Assembly: GCF_026571515.1 (NCBI RefSeq)
Contig: NW_026864444.1
Span: 62,001-115,132, forward strand
Source: Ruditapes philippinarum
Lineage: Eukaryota
Reading direction: 5' to 3'
Length of the DNA: 53,132 bases
Shown here: positions 38,804-52,887 of the stretch, in pieces
How positions within the stretch are numbered: the first letter of the stretch is position 1
How the letters are laid out: the number at the start of each line of letters is the position of its first letter
Notes under the pieces: model-generated
The model's input: only the letters and a program-made list of their open reading frames with translations
Database searches by the model: none
Told to the model about the DNA's origin: nothing
Made by a program: the position numbers and the translations under genes

Positions 38804-39938
38804 TTCAGATTTATTATTCAAACGAATCTTTTCTAATAAAAGATTTGGTGAGATTTGGTGTATTTTTATTTTTTAAATTTTAAACAAATGACTTGTTAGT
38901 GAGATGATAGTGTATACTTTAAGCGTTCACTTAATTGTGTCCTGGTTTAACTGTAAACATGTTTTATGCGTGATCGTGTCGTTTTACATGTAAATAACGT
39001 TACCAATATCCGGTATTGCAACACAAAATATTTCAAAATGTTGTTATCGTAAATAGTCGTAAAAGGTTTGTCATAAAAAAATGGGTTGGTCATACACGGC
39101 GGTAATATTCATATAACGACCAATTAGGATTTCTACATATGTTTGTTTTATCATTCACTTTTTATCTGTAAAACTTTCGTGTGTTTAATTTTCAGTAACT
39201 ATATACCACGCCTACTAAACGGTGGCTCTTTCACATTTTGGTGATCTGTTTAAATGAGAGCCATCGACACTTCCGTTGCAAAGCCCTCGATGAAAACAAG
39301 TCTGAAAGAGGTACGAAATTTTAGTAAAATTATCAATTTAAAAAGATCATGATTGTTTTTCAAAAATCAAAGAATGTCATGCCACGAAATGACGTTGCTA
39401 GAACTTTTACCAAATATAACCTTGTGGCTTTTCTTTTCCGAGGAGACACATTTTGAGTGATTTCCCTACCGTAAAGAAAATACAGACCGACTTAATCGTG
39501 CATATAGCATTGTCCTAACCTCCTCTTTGGACCAACACAAAAATAACTTACAGAACTTAGTTGAAAACCAAATAATCACATTTTTATTATTGTGATCGAG
39601 CCATCGACAAGGTGCTGGCGCCATCGGCAATGTGAATGAGCCTTCGAAAATGTGCTTGAGCCAACAATATCATTCATTTTGTGATAATATGATGGAGTGT
39701 AACCGTTATTATACGTAACTGATTAACATATACAATTTCATATGCATCGTATCACTGGGATGACATATTGAAATAAATTACGCGATTTGATTATTCAATT
39801 CATTAAAATTGAAGTAAAACCTCTTTGTATTTATAAGATATTAACAAATGAGGCACAAAAAATAGTGTTTTACTTTTAGTCGGTAAAGTTTCAGTTTTTC
39901 ATTTTGAATTTTATGTAAATCTCAGATGGAATCTCGAT

Positions 39939-40223
39939 ATGAATAAGGGGATACAAAAACGATTTTCATGTGATTTGTGTGAAAAAACGTACGCCAATAA
40001 GGCCAGGGTAAAATTTCATATAAAAAACTATCATGAGCAGGCGGCGACCAGTACATTATGTGGTTTATGTGATGGGCGATACGCAACACCCTCTTCTCTT
40101 AAAAGGCACGTTGAACGTGTACATACACGGAAAGGGGAACTTGTGTGCACAATTGAAGAATGCAATAGTTCATTCTACACAAAGAAAGACAGGACGGACC
40201 ACATACGGAAAAATGCCTCTTGA
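39939..40223 (+). CDS. C2H2 zinc-finger array fragment (2 complete fingers, third lacking the last His) inside a copy-specific insertion
   Basis: FSCDLCEKTY...HIKNYH, CGLCDGRY...LKRHVERVH and CTIEECNSSF...HIRKN. The surrounding ~39207-40352 is absent from the inverted paralog. Confidence 0.65.
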   Translation: MNKGIQKRFSCDLCEKTYANKARVKFHIKNYHEQAATSTLCGLCDGRYATPSSLKRHVERVHTRKGELVCTIEECNSSFYTKKDRTDHIRKNAS

Positions 40224-40906
40224 CTACAGAACTGTTTGGTACAATACTTGCATGTGTGACTCTTCTTTATACTTTTCCGCAACTTTGGAGGTGTCGTTTT
40301 AAGTTGCGTTCATAAGCAAAATTTTTCTCACACTTCCCACAATTCAGCTTTGATTTACATGATTTCTCTGATGATTCAAGCTGACGTTATTACATTTAAA
40401 AGAAATTTAAGCTATTATTAATATATATTTTTAAAATTCATTTCCAAATTGAAACTGATTTTACATAACGGTAACGCATACTCTCGCCATTTTTAAACGT
40501 ATAATACTGGTAAAAACTGCTATATATTAGAGAGAAGGAGACATATAATTAATACTTTAAGTCGTTCTACATATTGCCAGTGCAGATGTATTATAATTAT
40601 GGATAATTAAAAGAATAGAAGAAAATTCATCTCTCCAAACAGAATCAGTACTGTAGTATTTTTTTTTTAAAGAATGAGAGAAAAGGCCAACAATGTAAGG
40701 CGACGTTTAAAGACCGTAAACCCCGACATAACCTAGACCTTGGCCGTGAGCAATGACTTTATTAAAGATACCGTACTAAGACTTTACATGTCTTCCAGTG
40801 AAGTGGAGATGAAACATAAAAATTTCATTTAGAATTATTGTACATTGTCATGACACATAGACACTAAGTCAAATAAATGGCTCTGAATTGAAGATTGAAT
40901 ACTGCT

Positions 40907-41482
40907 CAATCTGATTAAAATAAGCACTACATAACGCTCCGCATTTAGATCTAACAGTGACCAATTACGAAGTTATTTCTGGTGGTCTTTCACATAGCCA
41001 ATCATCGGCGAGCTTTCACAATTTTGAAAGCGATGCGGTTTCTAATTTTTACCCTAGGAAAACCAATACTTAGTAGGAAATTGTCACGATTTCGAGAACA
41101 AACTTGCCGTTGCCCATATAGCCGACTGGTAAAGTGGCAAAACAATTTTGCCAATTAAAAATAGACTCTATTATTTCAAGTTAATGTCTTAAAAATTACT
41201 TCAAATTTTTTTTTCTAACAAAAAATAACAATTTGTTTAACTTTCACAGATAAAGTTATTTTGATAATTTTTTTAACGCCTAAATAAAGCCGGTTTCATT
41301 GCACGGCTAAAAATAGCTTTCTCGGGAAATCGCATTCGGAACTGCCTCGGCTATTATCTTCCTTCGGAAAGGGCCGAAAAGTTGCGACTGGGGAAATCCG
41401 AATTGTTAAGAAGGCGAAACATATACGGTCGTAATCAGATCTACATAACAGAAATAGGTAGATCTGAACTTTAGTCAGATTG
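40907..41482. mobile_element. Second copy of the CAATCTGA-TIR MITE (duplicated with its flanks)
   Basis: Reverse complement of 17745-18253 with the same TSD. Carries an extra 59 bp bounded by GGGAAATC direct repeats. Confidence 0.7.
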
Positions 41483-43531
41483 GAATACTGCTTTACTTAA
41501 CTACGTGCTAAGATTGAGGGATATGCTGCCATTTCCATTATCACTCATCGAGCCGAATATCGATTTCTCTTTTATACTTGTTTTTCACCTTTTGTTTTTG
41601 ATCTGCATGGGACAATACAATACAAAAGACGATACTGTTTTATTTTCTTCAATAACGTTTTGAATATTTCAATATTAACTGTATAAAATGTGGAACCCTC
41701 TCGTTCAAATTAACACATACCACGATTTTTGTGGGAAAAAGACAGTATTTTATACGGAAATAGAAAACGCTTGTTTGAGCAATCAGGTATTTGTGCGATA
41801 TGACGAAGAAAAATGAGTATTTTCTCGCAAGAAACATTTTATGTATGGGTTTCTTACTAGAATTAATGTCCTCTACACTATCCAATACAATAATAAAATA
41901 TTGATCGAAACAGTAACGAGAGAAAATAAAAATGGACCATCTTTTTCACGACGAAGATCAGAAAAAATTACGTTGTGTATTATCAAGTATAATAACATAA
42001 AATTTGATTGTATAACGGTATAGTTGTCGATTGGTTAAGAGCAAAAGGGCATGTAATGTAGGTAAAAGTAAATACTCGTTAAACAGACTGGCAAAGCGAA
42101 TTCCAAGTTTAAACTGCGATGAGTGACATTTTCACAAGAAATCAAAAGACTTAACTATTCATCGACCTTCTGTAGTTGTAGTTGTTTTATAACTGATTTC
42201 TTCAGGAACTAGTTCTTCACGATTACTCTTTTTGTCATACAATTCCTATCTTATAGGTTTCTAACATATAATCTGGATGAAACTACAATAATGATAAACA
42301 TTTGTGTTTTAGTTGTTACTCAATACTTACTGTTCAATCTGTCTTTTTCGATTAGTAACTGGTTTTGAAATGGAAACGAAACAAATCGGATACAAGAATC
42401 ATAATTGTTTCAATATTCATACTTACAAAGAAATCTTGTAATACAAGACAGTTATCTAAATCATGAAAACAATGTCCACGATAGAGTAGGCGGAGAAAGT
42501 TCTGGCTAATTTTGATATTATTTGTTTAAATCCTTTTTATGTAATATGTAATTAATTACTTTTAACCAGAAAGAAAAACTAAGCAATTTTGTTCTTCTAA
42601 TAAAGGGAAGTAAATTTGTTAAACATATGTTAGGTAAATTTTAGTTGTTATCAGTCTTTATGAAACATGACTTTTAGAAGCACGGAAATGTGGTCATTGT
42701 TTAGCTACACCATTAATACATATAAAGATTCCCTAATAATAGACATATGTCGATAAACTATTCCGTTAGGAGACATGGAATTGTGGTTTATTTTTTTTAG
42801 CTCTGCCTTGTGCCCTGTCCTGTTTTTCTTTGGAGTCCTCCTGGGCTCCTTGCCGCTGACGCTTGTTGCTGGGTCGGATGGGGGCTGCGTTCATTGAATG
42901 CCGCCTTTCCTTGTCGATCTTGTTTATCATATTTTATTTTAATTAAGTTAATCCTTGTCCATGGTGTTAATAACTCTACCTACTATGTTATTAATTATGT
43001 GAACTATACATAACTTAAAACTTTCAAATTATACTGTTTTTACTCATTTTCTAAACCATGATCCACGGTAAGACCTAATCTGTTTTTCGTATACAGTCTT
43101 CGTTTAGGTTTTTCTAGCTGGGGACACAGTGGTGACAAGGATGAGAAAATAACAGTATATAAATGAATGTTAAAACTATCTCACAAAACCATCTGTTTAT
43201 AAATATCATATAATATAATTATTAAACCAACGTATTACAATGTTCTCCTAACAAATATTTATATAATCGCATTTCAAAATTATATCATAAATGTAATGTG
43301 AAAATTTTGAAACTGTATAATTTCACATGTTTCCTTTTTTTTAGTTTTTTAATGATCTTCTTTATATATTTGTATGACTATGAATAATTGTTTGATTGTA
43401 TGTATGACTTTTCAATAAATGGGGTTTCACATTTTTGGACCCGAAGCTGAAAAAATCATGAAAACAAAAGTGATGAGTCATCCATTTATGCACATGTATT
43501 AACATGTTTGCATTTCAATCCAAAGATGTAG

Positions 43532-44247
43532 TCACTTCCGTCCAATTAGACCTGACAACTGGGAGATCGCAGATAAATTTGCTGCTACCATGTTTAGAAC
43601 TTGATAAGATTGACATCGACAACCAGATCCAATAAAGCCACACCTTTTCTTGCCATACTCTACAGGAGCACTCCTTGCACATCGTCCTAACCCGTCAATG
43701 AACGGTGCTGTGTCCTTGCAGATTATTCTCCCGGCAACGACGACTTTCTGGCATAGCTGTCCATTAACACTGACGACAACAAGAAGTATGAGAGTTAAAC
43801 TTTTATTTCTGTGAAGAGGGTAGCAAATCATGTTGCGATTTCTCCTGTTCTTATAAGTCTGGAAATAATAAATTTGCTGTCACAATGTTGTTAAAACTTG
43901 CTTAAAAACAAAGAAGATAAAAATAGTGTAAAATTGTTAACAATAAAATGGATAATAATGAAAGAACATCGTTTTACAATAGAAAAAGGAAATCGTTGGT
44001 ATAAGTTAGTATGAAATATCATTTTTTCGAAAGAAATCTTAAAATGATACATACATATTTCCGCAAAACAAACGTAACCGTTGCAATAATTTTCAATTAT
44101 TTCATAAATAGAACCGTATATTGTTGCTAAATCCGTTAATGACGTCATAAGCGATTTCAACACATTCTCCATATCTTATCATTAATGTCAAGACAAATGT
44201 CAAATCCGCTGCAATGTTATCTGAATTTTACATTTCAGACTTACCAT
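43532..44247 (-). CDS. Secreted six-cysteine GRK-terminated peptide precursor, copy B
   Basis: ATG|GTAAGT at 44247 splices in frame to the acceptor at 43858. All six mature Cys and LIGRK* are retained, with an in-frame 4-codon deletion in the signal peptide. Confidence 0.75.
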
Positions 44248-47200
44248 TCTTTCTGATATTAAACAGGATAAAATTATTATTTCAGTCCAAGAGAAAAACA
44301 TGCCCCAGATATTGAAAAACAAGATCAACAAGGAAGCATGGCATTTAATGAACGTATCCCCCGCCACAGGACTACCAGTAGCAACCCAGCAGAACGCTAA
44401 ACAGGACAGGGCACATGGGCAAAACCCAAACGGGATAAACATTCATAATGGATAGTCTTGACAACTCGATTTTGGAAATTCAACATGTTAAAGATAAGCT
44501 GCTTGTAAGTGCCTTGCTTTCGTAGCTGGAATGTACCTGTGGCTGCATACTGTGAATATTGCATTGTCTTGTTTATCTATTTTCTTATAATTTTTTGTCT
44601 GTAAAATAACGTTATTATTACGGATATTGTTTTGAAACTGTTATTGAATGATGTGTTAAGTATTTGTCTAAAATCAGCTCAATCCTTATATGAATCAAGT
44701 CTTGTATATATTGGTACCTGATAACCCGCATAAACGACAAATGACGTTCAGATAAATTTTACATAATTTCCAGATTTTTATTCTCACAACAGCAGGTTCC
44801 GGTTTTCTCTTTCTTTTTAAGCTTAAATGCATGTATGATACTGCTTTCATCACTTCAGAGTTGCTATTATTTTGTTTGGTTTCGGGATCATTGATTGCAC
44901 TTTTCGCGTGTTTAAGATTGAGAACTCCTTACGACTGTGCTAGTGGGCACGGAAGATGTTGCATATTTAATCATCTCTAAAGAACAGACGCAATCAAATT
45001 AGAGCCTGTAAATTTCACTTAAAAAAACAAAACATTGTTTTCATTGTTATCGAGGATAATGATTTGCAATTAAATATTCCTTCTACTTAGATAAGTTTCA
45101 ATTTCAAAACCAATAACTTATTGAAAAAAGACAGATGAAACAATATTACAACTCAAACACAAATGTTTATCATTATTGTAATTTCATTCAAAGTATATGT
45201 TTATTCCAAATGTTATGTAAAAATCTTTAAGATAGGAATTGTATGACAAAAAGAGTCATCTTTAAGAACTAGTTCATGAAGAAATTAGTTTTCAAACAAC
45301 TACAACTATAGACGGTCTATGAATAGTTAAGACTTCTTGTGAAATATGCCACTCATTACCGTTTAAACTTGGAATTTGCTTAGCTTATCTGTGTAACGAA
45401 TATTTACTTTTACCTACATTTCATTCCTTTTTGCTCTAAACCAAACCAGAACTATACCGTTATATAACCAAATTTCATGTTATTATACTTGATACATGTA
45501 ATACACAACGTGACATTTTGTGATCTTCGTCGTGAAAAAGTTGGTCAAGATCAATTTTTAGTTTATTATATAATCTATAAATAGCTTTGAAATGCCTTTC
45601 CTTGATTGGCTAACATGCAGTTTTTTGTAAAAAATAGCAGGTCAATATCACTGTTTTTTTCCTAAAATAGATTGTCAGAGGATTTTCACCTTTTTTTTCT
45701 TCTTGAAAAAAACGTTGAGTGATGTGTAAATAAGAGTCAAAATAGTCTATTTTAGTTATATTCTATTTAAGTCTTTACATTTTTAAGAACAATAGGGATT
45801 AGCATGCCAATGCGCTCATTTAAAAGAAAGGGTCAAATTAAGGAAAAGTGGACAAGCTGAAAAAATAATGATATCCGTCGTATGCAATGGCAGATTTGAA
45901 AAGCCATATAAAAGCTATTTATAAATTAAATAATACAACAGATATGTACTTTTTAGCTATCCTCTCGGTCAATGTTAATTTTTACAGCACATATCACATC
46001 ATATTCAACACCTAAAAAGTCCATGTTTGAATAATATTATATTTAATAGTGTAGAGAACCCTTATTCTAGTAAGAAACCTATACATACGAGTACAATATT
46101 TTTAGCGGAATATACTCATTTTTTTTCGTCATACCGCACGAATACATAATGGCTCAAACAAGCGTTTTCTATTTCCGTTTAAAATACTGTCTTTCCCCAA
46201 AACAATCTTGGTATGTGTTATCTAAAATGAGAGGGTTCCACATTTTATACAGTTAAAAATGAAATAGTTTAAAAAATGAAATAATTTAAACTTTATTAAA
46301 GAAAATAAAACGTGAATCGTCCTTTCTATTGTATTGCCCCACGCAGATCAAAAACAAAAGGTGAAGAAAAAAACACTGAAAGAAAAGTATAAGAGTGGAA
46401 TTTACATAATCGACTTGATTTAGACTGAGAGTGATTATGGAAAAGGCAACATATCCCTCAATCTAAGCACCGGCTTAAGCAGTATCCAATTTTAAACTCA
46501 AATAGGGACATTGATTTTAATTAGTGTCTTTTTGTCAAGATAATGTAGAATAATTCTAAATGACATTTTTATAGTTCATTTTCATATGTAAAGTCTTAAT
46601 ACGATACATTTAAATAAGTCATTTACGTACTCACGTGATATTTTTGCATAACATTAAAATCAATGCATTCATTGTTGTTTTTTATAACTTAACCATGCTC
46701 AATATATTTGAAAAACCAAAAAAACCAACAATAATGAAATAAAATTAAAAAATAAATAAATAAATAAACGAAATAAATTTTAAAAAAAAATGCATAAACT
46801 TAACAGTATACACGGAATACTCATTTATCTATAATTCACTATAATCATAGTTTACAAACATTTTGAAATAGGATATAAGTCTGAGACTGATGCTTATGCT
46901 AAACTGTTCCTATATACGATCACATATCGTTCACACATAAATGCCCTAGAGAAAGTATAAAAATTTAACAGCATGAATATTTTCGAATAAAAACGAATGT
47001 TATCAGTAAGAAACAGAACATTGTTTAGTCTCATAAAATGAGAGGATTCAACGACATTTTCAATCGAGTTTTAAGGTACACCTGAAGTGTCCCTCTGTGT
47101 ATAATTTTGGGAGAGAACGGGTACTGTAGAAAGAACTACGACCTTCAATAAGATAGCAAGTTAGCATGAAAACATCTAAAGCCACTGGAGGCGTTAGAAC

Positions 47201-48628
47201 CCACGGCAGTGAGGGACAAATAGTTTTTTTTAGTCAGTTTGATCAACTACTTGCCAGCGTTATTCCCTAGTACACGTATGTGGTATTTTTAATTAGTTTG
47301 TACATTATTATGTATTGATCCCCCGAAAGAATTGTTTCACTCCGCTTATCACAGCCCAGGTAAAACATAATCAGGATTTTTTTTAGCAAATGCAATACGT
47401 AGTGTCCTCGACAGAACTTCAGATCTAGTCCTTGAGCATGTCCTACCAAAGGAGTAATGCATTTTCTCTTATTATCCATTAAATGATGTTGGAAAGATAA
47501 AGTTGTTCATTCAGATGAATTTGCATTCGATTAATTCAATCATTAATATACAATTATCGTTTAGAGTATAAGACAATTAACGTAAAATATTATACAAGTC
47601 TGACACAACTTCGTAATACTCAGATATTAAACATCATTTTAATGTGTTTTCCTTTTTAAATGAAAGTTCATAATGCTAATTTTAAATATTTTCTGAAATG
47701 AACAATTTATCTCCAGCACTTACTACTGCATATAATCAAGAGTAAAAAAGATCAACAGTTATTGGTTAGCACCCTTGTGAAGGTTCGGTGTCCTGCTGAG
47801 TATCGCGACGGTGTGGCTGGGTTATGTTGGGGTTTACGTTCTTTAAACGTCGCCTGACATTGTTGGCCTTTAATTTTTTCTATACGTTTCTGTTTGGAGA
47901 AATGAATTTTCTTTTTTTCTTTTAATTAAACATCTGCACTGGCAATATGTAGAACGACTTGAAGTCTTAATTATATGTCTCCTTTTCTCTAATATATATA
48001 TAGCAATTGTTACCAGTTTAATGCGTTTATAAATGGCAAGAGTATACTTTACCGTTATGTAAAAACAGTTGCAATTTGGAAATAAATTTTAAAAATATAT
48101 ATTAATGTTAGCTTAAATTTCTTTTGTATGTATTAAAGCTAGCTTGAGTCTTTCAGCGAAATCATAAGTCAAGAAAAAATAATTTTCCGCTCTAATTGGT
48201 TGAAAGTTCACGTTATTATTAACTACCATCAGTGCACTGTGTGTACGAAACATTCCGCCGTATATAGTTACTTAAAATTTTACACATGAAAGTTTTACAT
48301 GATAAAACAAACATGTGTAGAAATCCTAAGTGGTCGTAATATCAATATTCCTGCCGCGTATGACCAACCCATTTTTTTATGACAAACCTTTTACGACTAT
48401 TTACGATAACAACATTTTGATATATTTTGTGTTGCAATACCGGATATTAGTAAAATTATTTACATGTAAAACGACAAGATAACACATAAACATGTTTACA
48501 GTTAAATCAGGACACAATTAAATGAACGCTTGAAGTATACACTATCATCTCACTTACAAGTTTTAAAAGATAATAAAAGTACAGCAAAGCTTTTATTAGA
48601 GAAGATTCGTTTGAATAATAAATCTAAA

Positions 48629-51600
48629 ATGTTGTAATGTGGCGGATGGTTTTTTGGCGGCTGTTGATAGTTTCCAAGGGTTTGGGGTACTTTTGAGTAA
48701 TTTTTCTATTAAAAAACGTTTTTAGTTCTTTGAGTAATTTCAATACCTTTTAAATTATGATAAAAATTCATGAAAACCTTTAAAAAAATTCATTTTAATT
48801 TAGCTCATTTTTAAACAAGAAAACGAAAATAATTGTTGGTTTTTTGTGGTAAAACACCCAATATTAGCATAATTTATAAAAATTTTGCGGGTTTAAACAC
48901 TAAAATTTAAAGTTTTTAGATATCAAAAAATGTTCTTAATCAAATGGTTTTAAATGAATTTGGGGGGCAATGGAACTTGTTCAAAATTTTTCAAAAATTA
49001 AAAACAAAAAAAATGAAACAAATTTGATATTCCATATCCCCAAAATAAATAATTTTAAATTTTTTTTATAAAATGATACGGTATTAATAAATATTAAAAT
49101 AATTTTTTTATGGAATAACATACCCTTTCCATTAAGAACAAATGTATGTACTTTGATATTTTAAAGCAAGCTGATCATTTCTTACTTTATTGACTATATT
49201 TTACAGTTGTTCTGCCTATCTCTCCATCCCGTGGTGAAAAGGGGGCACTTAAGATGGTTTTAAAATCTTTTCATGCAGTTTTGGAATCAATCATGGTAAA
49301 AACCCGCCTAAATACAACAGGGAGTTTGAATATCCGCCGCCATTTTGGCGCAAAAACAGAACTATTCAATGGCTTCAAAAAGTGGCATTACTATGGAATA
49401 ACCAGTAGGTTTAATTTACCCTTTTTACCACGCCACCCCACCTGTTCGAGGTGAAGAAGGTTACCCCACTACCCCCCCCCCGACCCAAAAGTGACGGGAG
49501 ATTACTGGGTTATTGTGTATGTAAATAGTGTTTTAATTCCAAACAGTAAGCGATATTTAAAACAACGATTTTTTAAATTTCCAGGGTTTCTGAAATCTCT
49601 TCAAACAATAGGCTAGTTAAAAAAATCGTCAGTTTTTTTATAATGTTATTTTCCCATTTTAATTTTAAAATCCCAAAATCCAAAAAAAGTTTTGAAATAT
49701 AGGAAAAAGCTTTGATAATGTTTTTTTTTGTTATTACATTTTATATTGTTTTTTTTTACTCCCAATTTAAACTAATTAACGAATCGTTTTTAATTAAAAT
49801 GTGATTTATCATTTTTTGGTTTCCCAAATTTTGCTATAAAAAAGTTTTAGAGAAAATTTTCGTGCCATCAATGCCCTTAAATTTAAAACCCCCCTCTGGG
49901 CCCGACGGATTTGGGTAACCAAATTTAAAAATGGACACAATAATGAACCCGGCATTTCATGGGGAATTTGCAAAGATCTAAAATAAATAGAATGGGTTTA
50001 AAAAAAGATGGGAACTATACATGCTCGGACGACAGTGGTGACAATAACACTGTGGAAGTTGATGTTCAATGTACGTAATTCTACGAAGTCCCTAAATAAC
50101 CATTATACACAACGAAATAATCTTGAATTATGTTTGTCAAGATGATTTCTTTTTTTATTTAATGGGAATTAATTTTCGAGTTTCAAATTTAAATAGAGAT
50201 AATAATAGTAAACCTGATTTCGTTTTAACATAATAATATTGGCATAAAATACATGTGAAATAAAACAAGTGAGTGTGTTACTGTATAATATCATTTTAAT
50301 GTTTATAATGCCTTATACTTTACTAGCTCTAAATTTTGAAATTATGAGCGTTAGTTAATAAAGGATGCGCGTCGAATCAATTTCTTGTCTAGCTAAGAAA
50401 ACGTTTACTTTTGTATTTGTTGACTTCATTGCAAACAATTAACGATTAACATGTGGTTTGTTTCTTGAAATTTGTATATGATTGACACACTTGTGTTTGA
50501 TATTATTTTCTAGACAGAATTCTAGTTCTAGACGATAACAGATGGGCTTCTTGCAAACGTTCTACCCTTTCAGATTCAATATTTTGTGTTCTTAACCTTT
50601 ATAGATATCATTGAAATGACGACATTTTTACAATTTAATCACACCCCATTGTAAATTATTATTACATATACATTTAACACTTACCATAATACAAGTAATT
50701 CTAAACCAAGAGTATAACAAAACATCCTTCAAATCTGATTTCAAACTATTTTATTTGTCTTTACTTTTTCAGATTTTCACTCCTCGACACATTTTACAAC
50801 AGCCACCGTTCACAACTCAACAACCATTTTAACATGCAGGTGTTACGCTAATCCTTCATGTAAAATTGTGCCGCACATTATAACTACTTATAGAGAAGGA
50901 CAAGATAATCACGACTCGGTTACCACATTTACTGAGTGCAAAGCTGTAAGTAACACAATTTACTTTTACATTGACATTTATCATAAGGGATATCAACTTT
51001 TGTAAATAACTGAACGCAGTGATTTTAAAATAATTATAACGGCTGTGATACATTATTTTAGCCATAAAAATACAATTTACAAAAATTGTTTATTTAGATC
51101 CTCTGATATAATGCTTTCAGTTTATAAGATTATTTATTAAAGATTATTATGTCCATTTGCTTTCAAATTGTAAGATAAAAATTAATGTTTGTTAAAGTCC
51201 AAATTGCGACGATATTTAAAAAGAAATGAAATCCTTAAGAACCAAAATAAAAATGTTGACGGCTTGATTTGGTTGAGTCTGATCATGAACGGTAATGGAA
51301 GTGAAAGCTTGATATGCTAATATAAAACAAAGAATTACATTATAGCAAACGCCCTACATGCAATTCTCAAAACGTCGATTGTTTCTAAAGTCAATACATT
51401 ACTTTCTATTTTATGGTTTTAGTAAAGGATCATGACCATTTTGTTTTAGCGCTTCGTCTAGTTATTCATGTTTCTTTTGTTAAGAACTTTAGAATACAAT
51501 CTTTTGTATATATTCTTGGATGTAAATTTCGATTATCATATATCTCTAAGATGTAAGTAAAAATATAATAGTTAGAGCCTCGCTCAGATATTTCTCCGTA

Positions 51601-52887
51601 ACCATTGTGTATAATGGTCATTTGCTTCTCACTGTAAAATCAATAACCATGTGTGATTAGTAACTGGCTCACCAACGAAAAAGTAAGTTTACTGGTTAGT
51701 TATCCGGTTAGGTGGAGCGACCACAGATATATGATTTATATATTGAAGAATTGTTTACAGGATCCGCTTCGAGAAAAACAAAGGAAATGTACTAGAGTTA
51801 TCTCAGTGATGCATGTTTACAAGGAGGACAATGGTAAAGAGATGAGCTGTATATTTCAAATATAAGAATGTGACAGACTATCTTATCATGTATCCAAAGT
51901 AAAAGTTTTTATGTAAGTGTATAAACAGTTACAGGGATTATTTATTATCAAATTTGGTTATACTAGTCAATATTTACTAATATTTGACCCGTGTTTCTGT
52001 TCTGTATTAAGTCCGGAAGACATTTATAAGCAAAGTAATGTTTACCCAAAAGAATAAAATTAATAAACATTCTTATTCAATAAAATAATGTACACATAAA
52101 TAAAGTATATGATACTTCTTTTCTTACTTTAAATCCAATTTGGTTTAAACAATATTTATTTAAGCTCGATTGCGAAACAAGTTCTTGCAACTAATTTCAA
52201 TCACTTGCGAGTCCGCTTCCTGGAACCAACCGGTACTGGTGTCATATGAAGAAACATTGTCGTGACTCGAGTAGGGCTCGAACCAATGATCTCTGGGTTG
52301 AGAGGCAGACACCTCAGATCCAATTTACTCTCAAAGCATTATATTTCCATCGCAAGAACACAAATAAAACATTTGCATTTTGATTTTGGGGAATCGACAC
52401 TTGGCATATAAAATACTCGTCCCTTGTCTTAAAATTACAAACTAGAGATGGAAATTACTCGCGACGTGAATCTGTTTTATTGACAGGACTTGCTTTAAAC
52501 TAGGAACAGTCAAACAATGTATATATGAGTTCAATTTAAAAAAAATGCAACTTAATTTTACTATTACAGTTCCACCAAACACTTGTTAACATCTCGGCAG
52601 AAATGGTTGATTCTAAATTAACGTTAAACTGTTCCACGGACTCTTCTAAGCCGGTGTCTTCATTTACATGGCGAAGGGGGTATCAGTCCTAAAGCCTTTG
52701 TAAATGATGTAATAGTGAGTGTTTACAATGAATATACAAGGGATGCTGAATACAATGGTAAAAATATAACTCAAGCTATTGGCAAATTGATCCAAAGCAT
52801 ATAGACATTGGAGGACCATATTCTGCTGTGCCCGCTATCAAACTCAACAAATATGTGATTCTATGAGCCTGAACTCTTTTCAGATAT
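48629..52887 (+). pseudogene. Inverted copy of the 3-Ig gene (exons 1-5; frameshifts may be sequencing error)
   Basis: Exon homologues at ~48629-48678, ~49818-50070, 50773-50945, 51761-51912 and 52570-52887. Exon 3 is essentially identical to the - strand copy; exons 4-5 differ mostly by homopolymer indels; exon 6 would lie beyond the window. Confidence 0.7.
52142..52317 (-). mobile_element. tRNA-derived SINE (5'-truncated) with 9-bp TSD
   Basis: ATCCAATTT is duplicated at 52133-52141 and 52318-52326, with B-box GGTTCGAGCCC on the minus strand. Absent from the paralog at ~31200. Confidence 0.75.
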
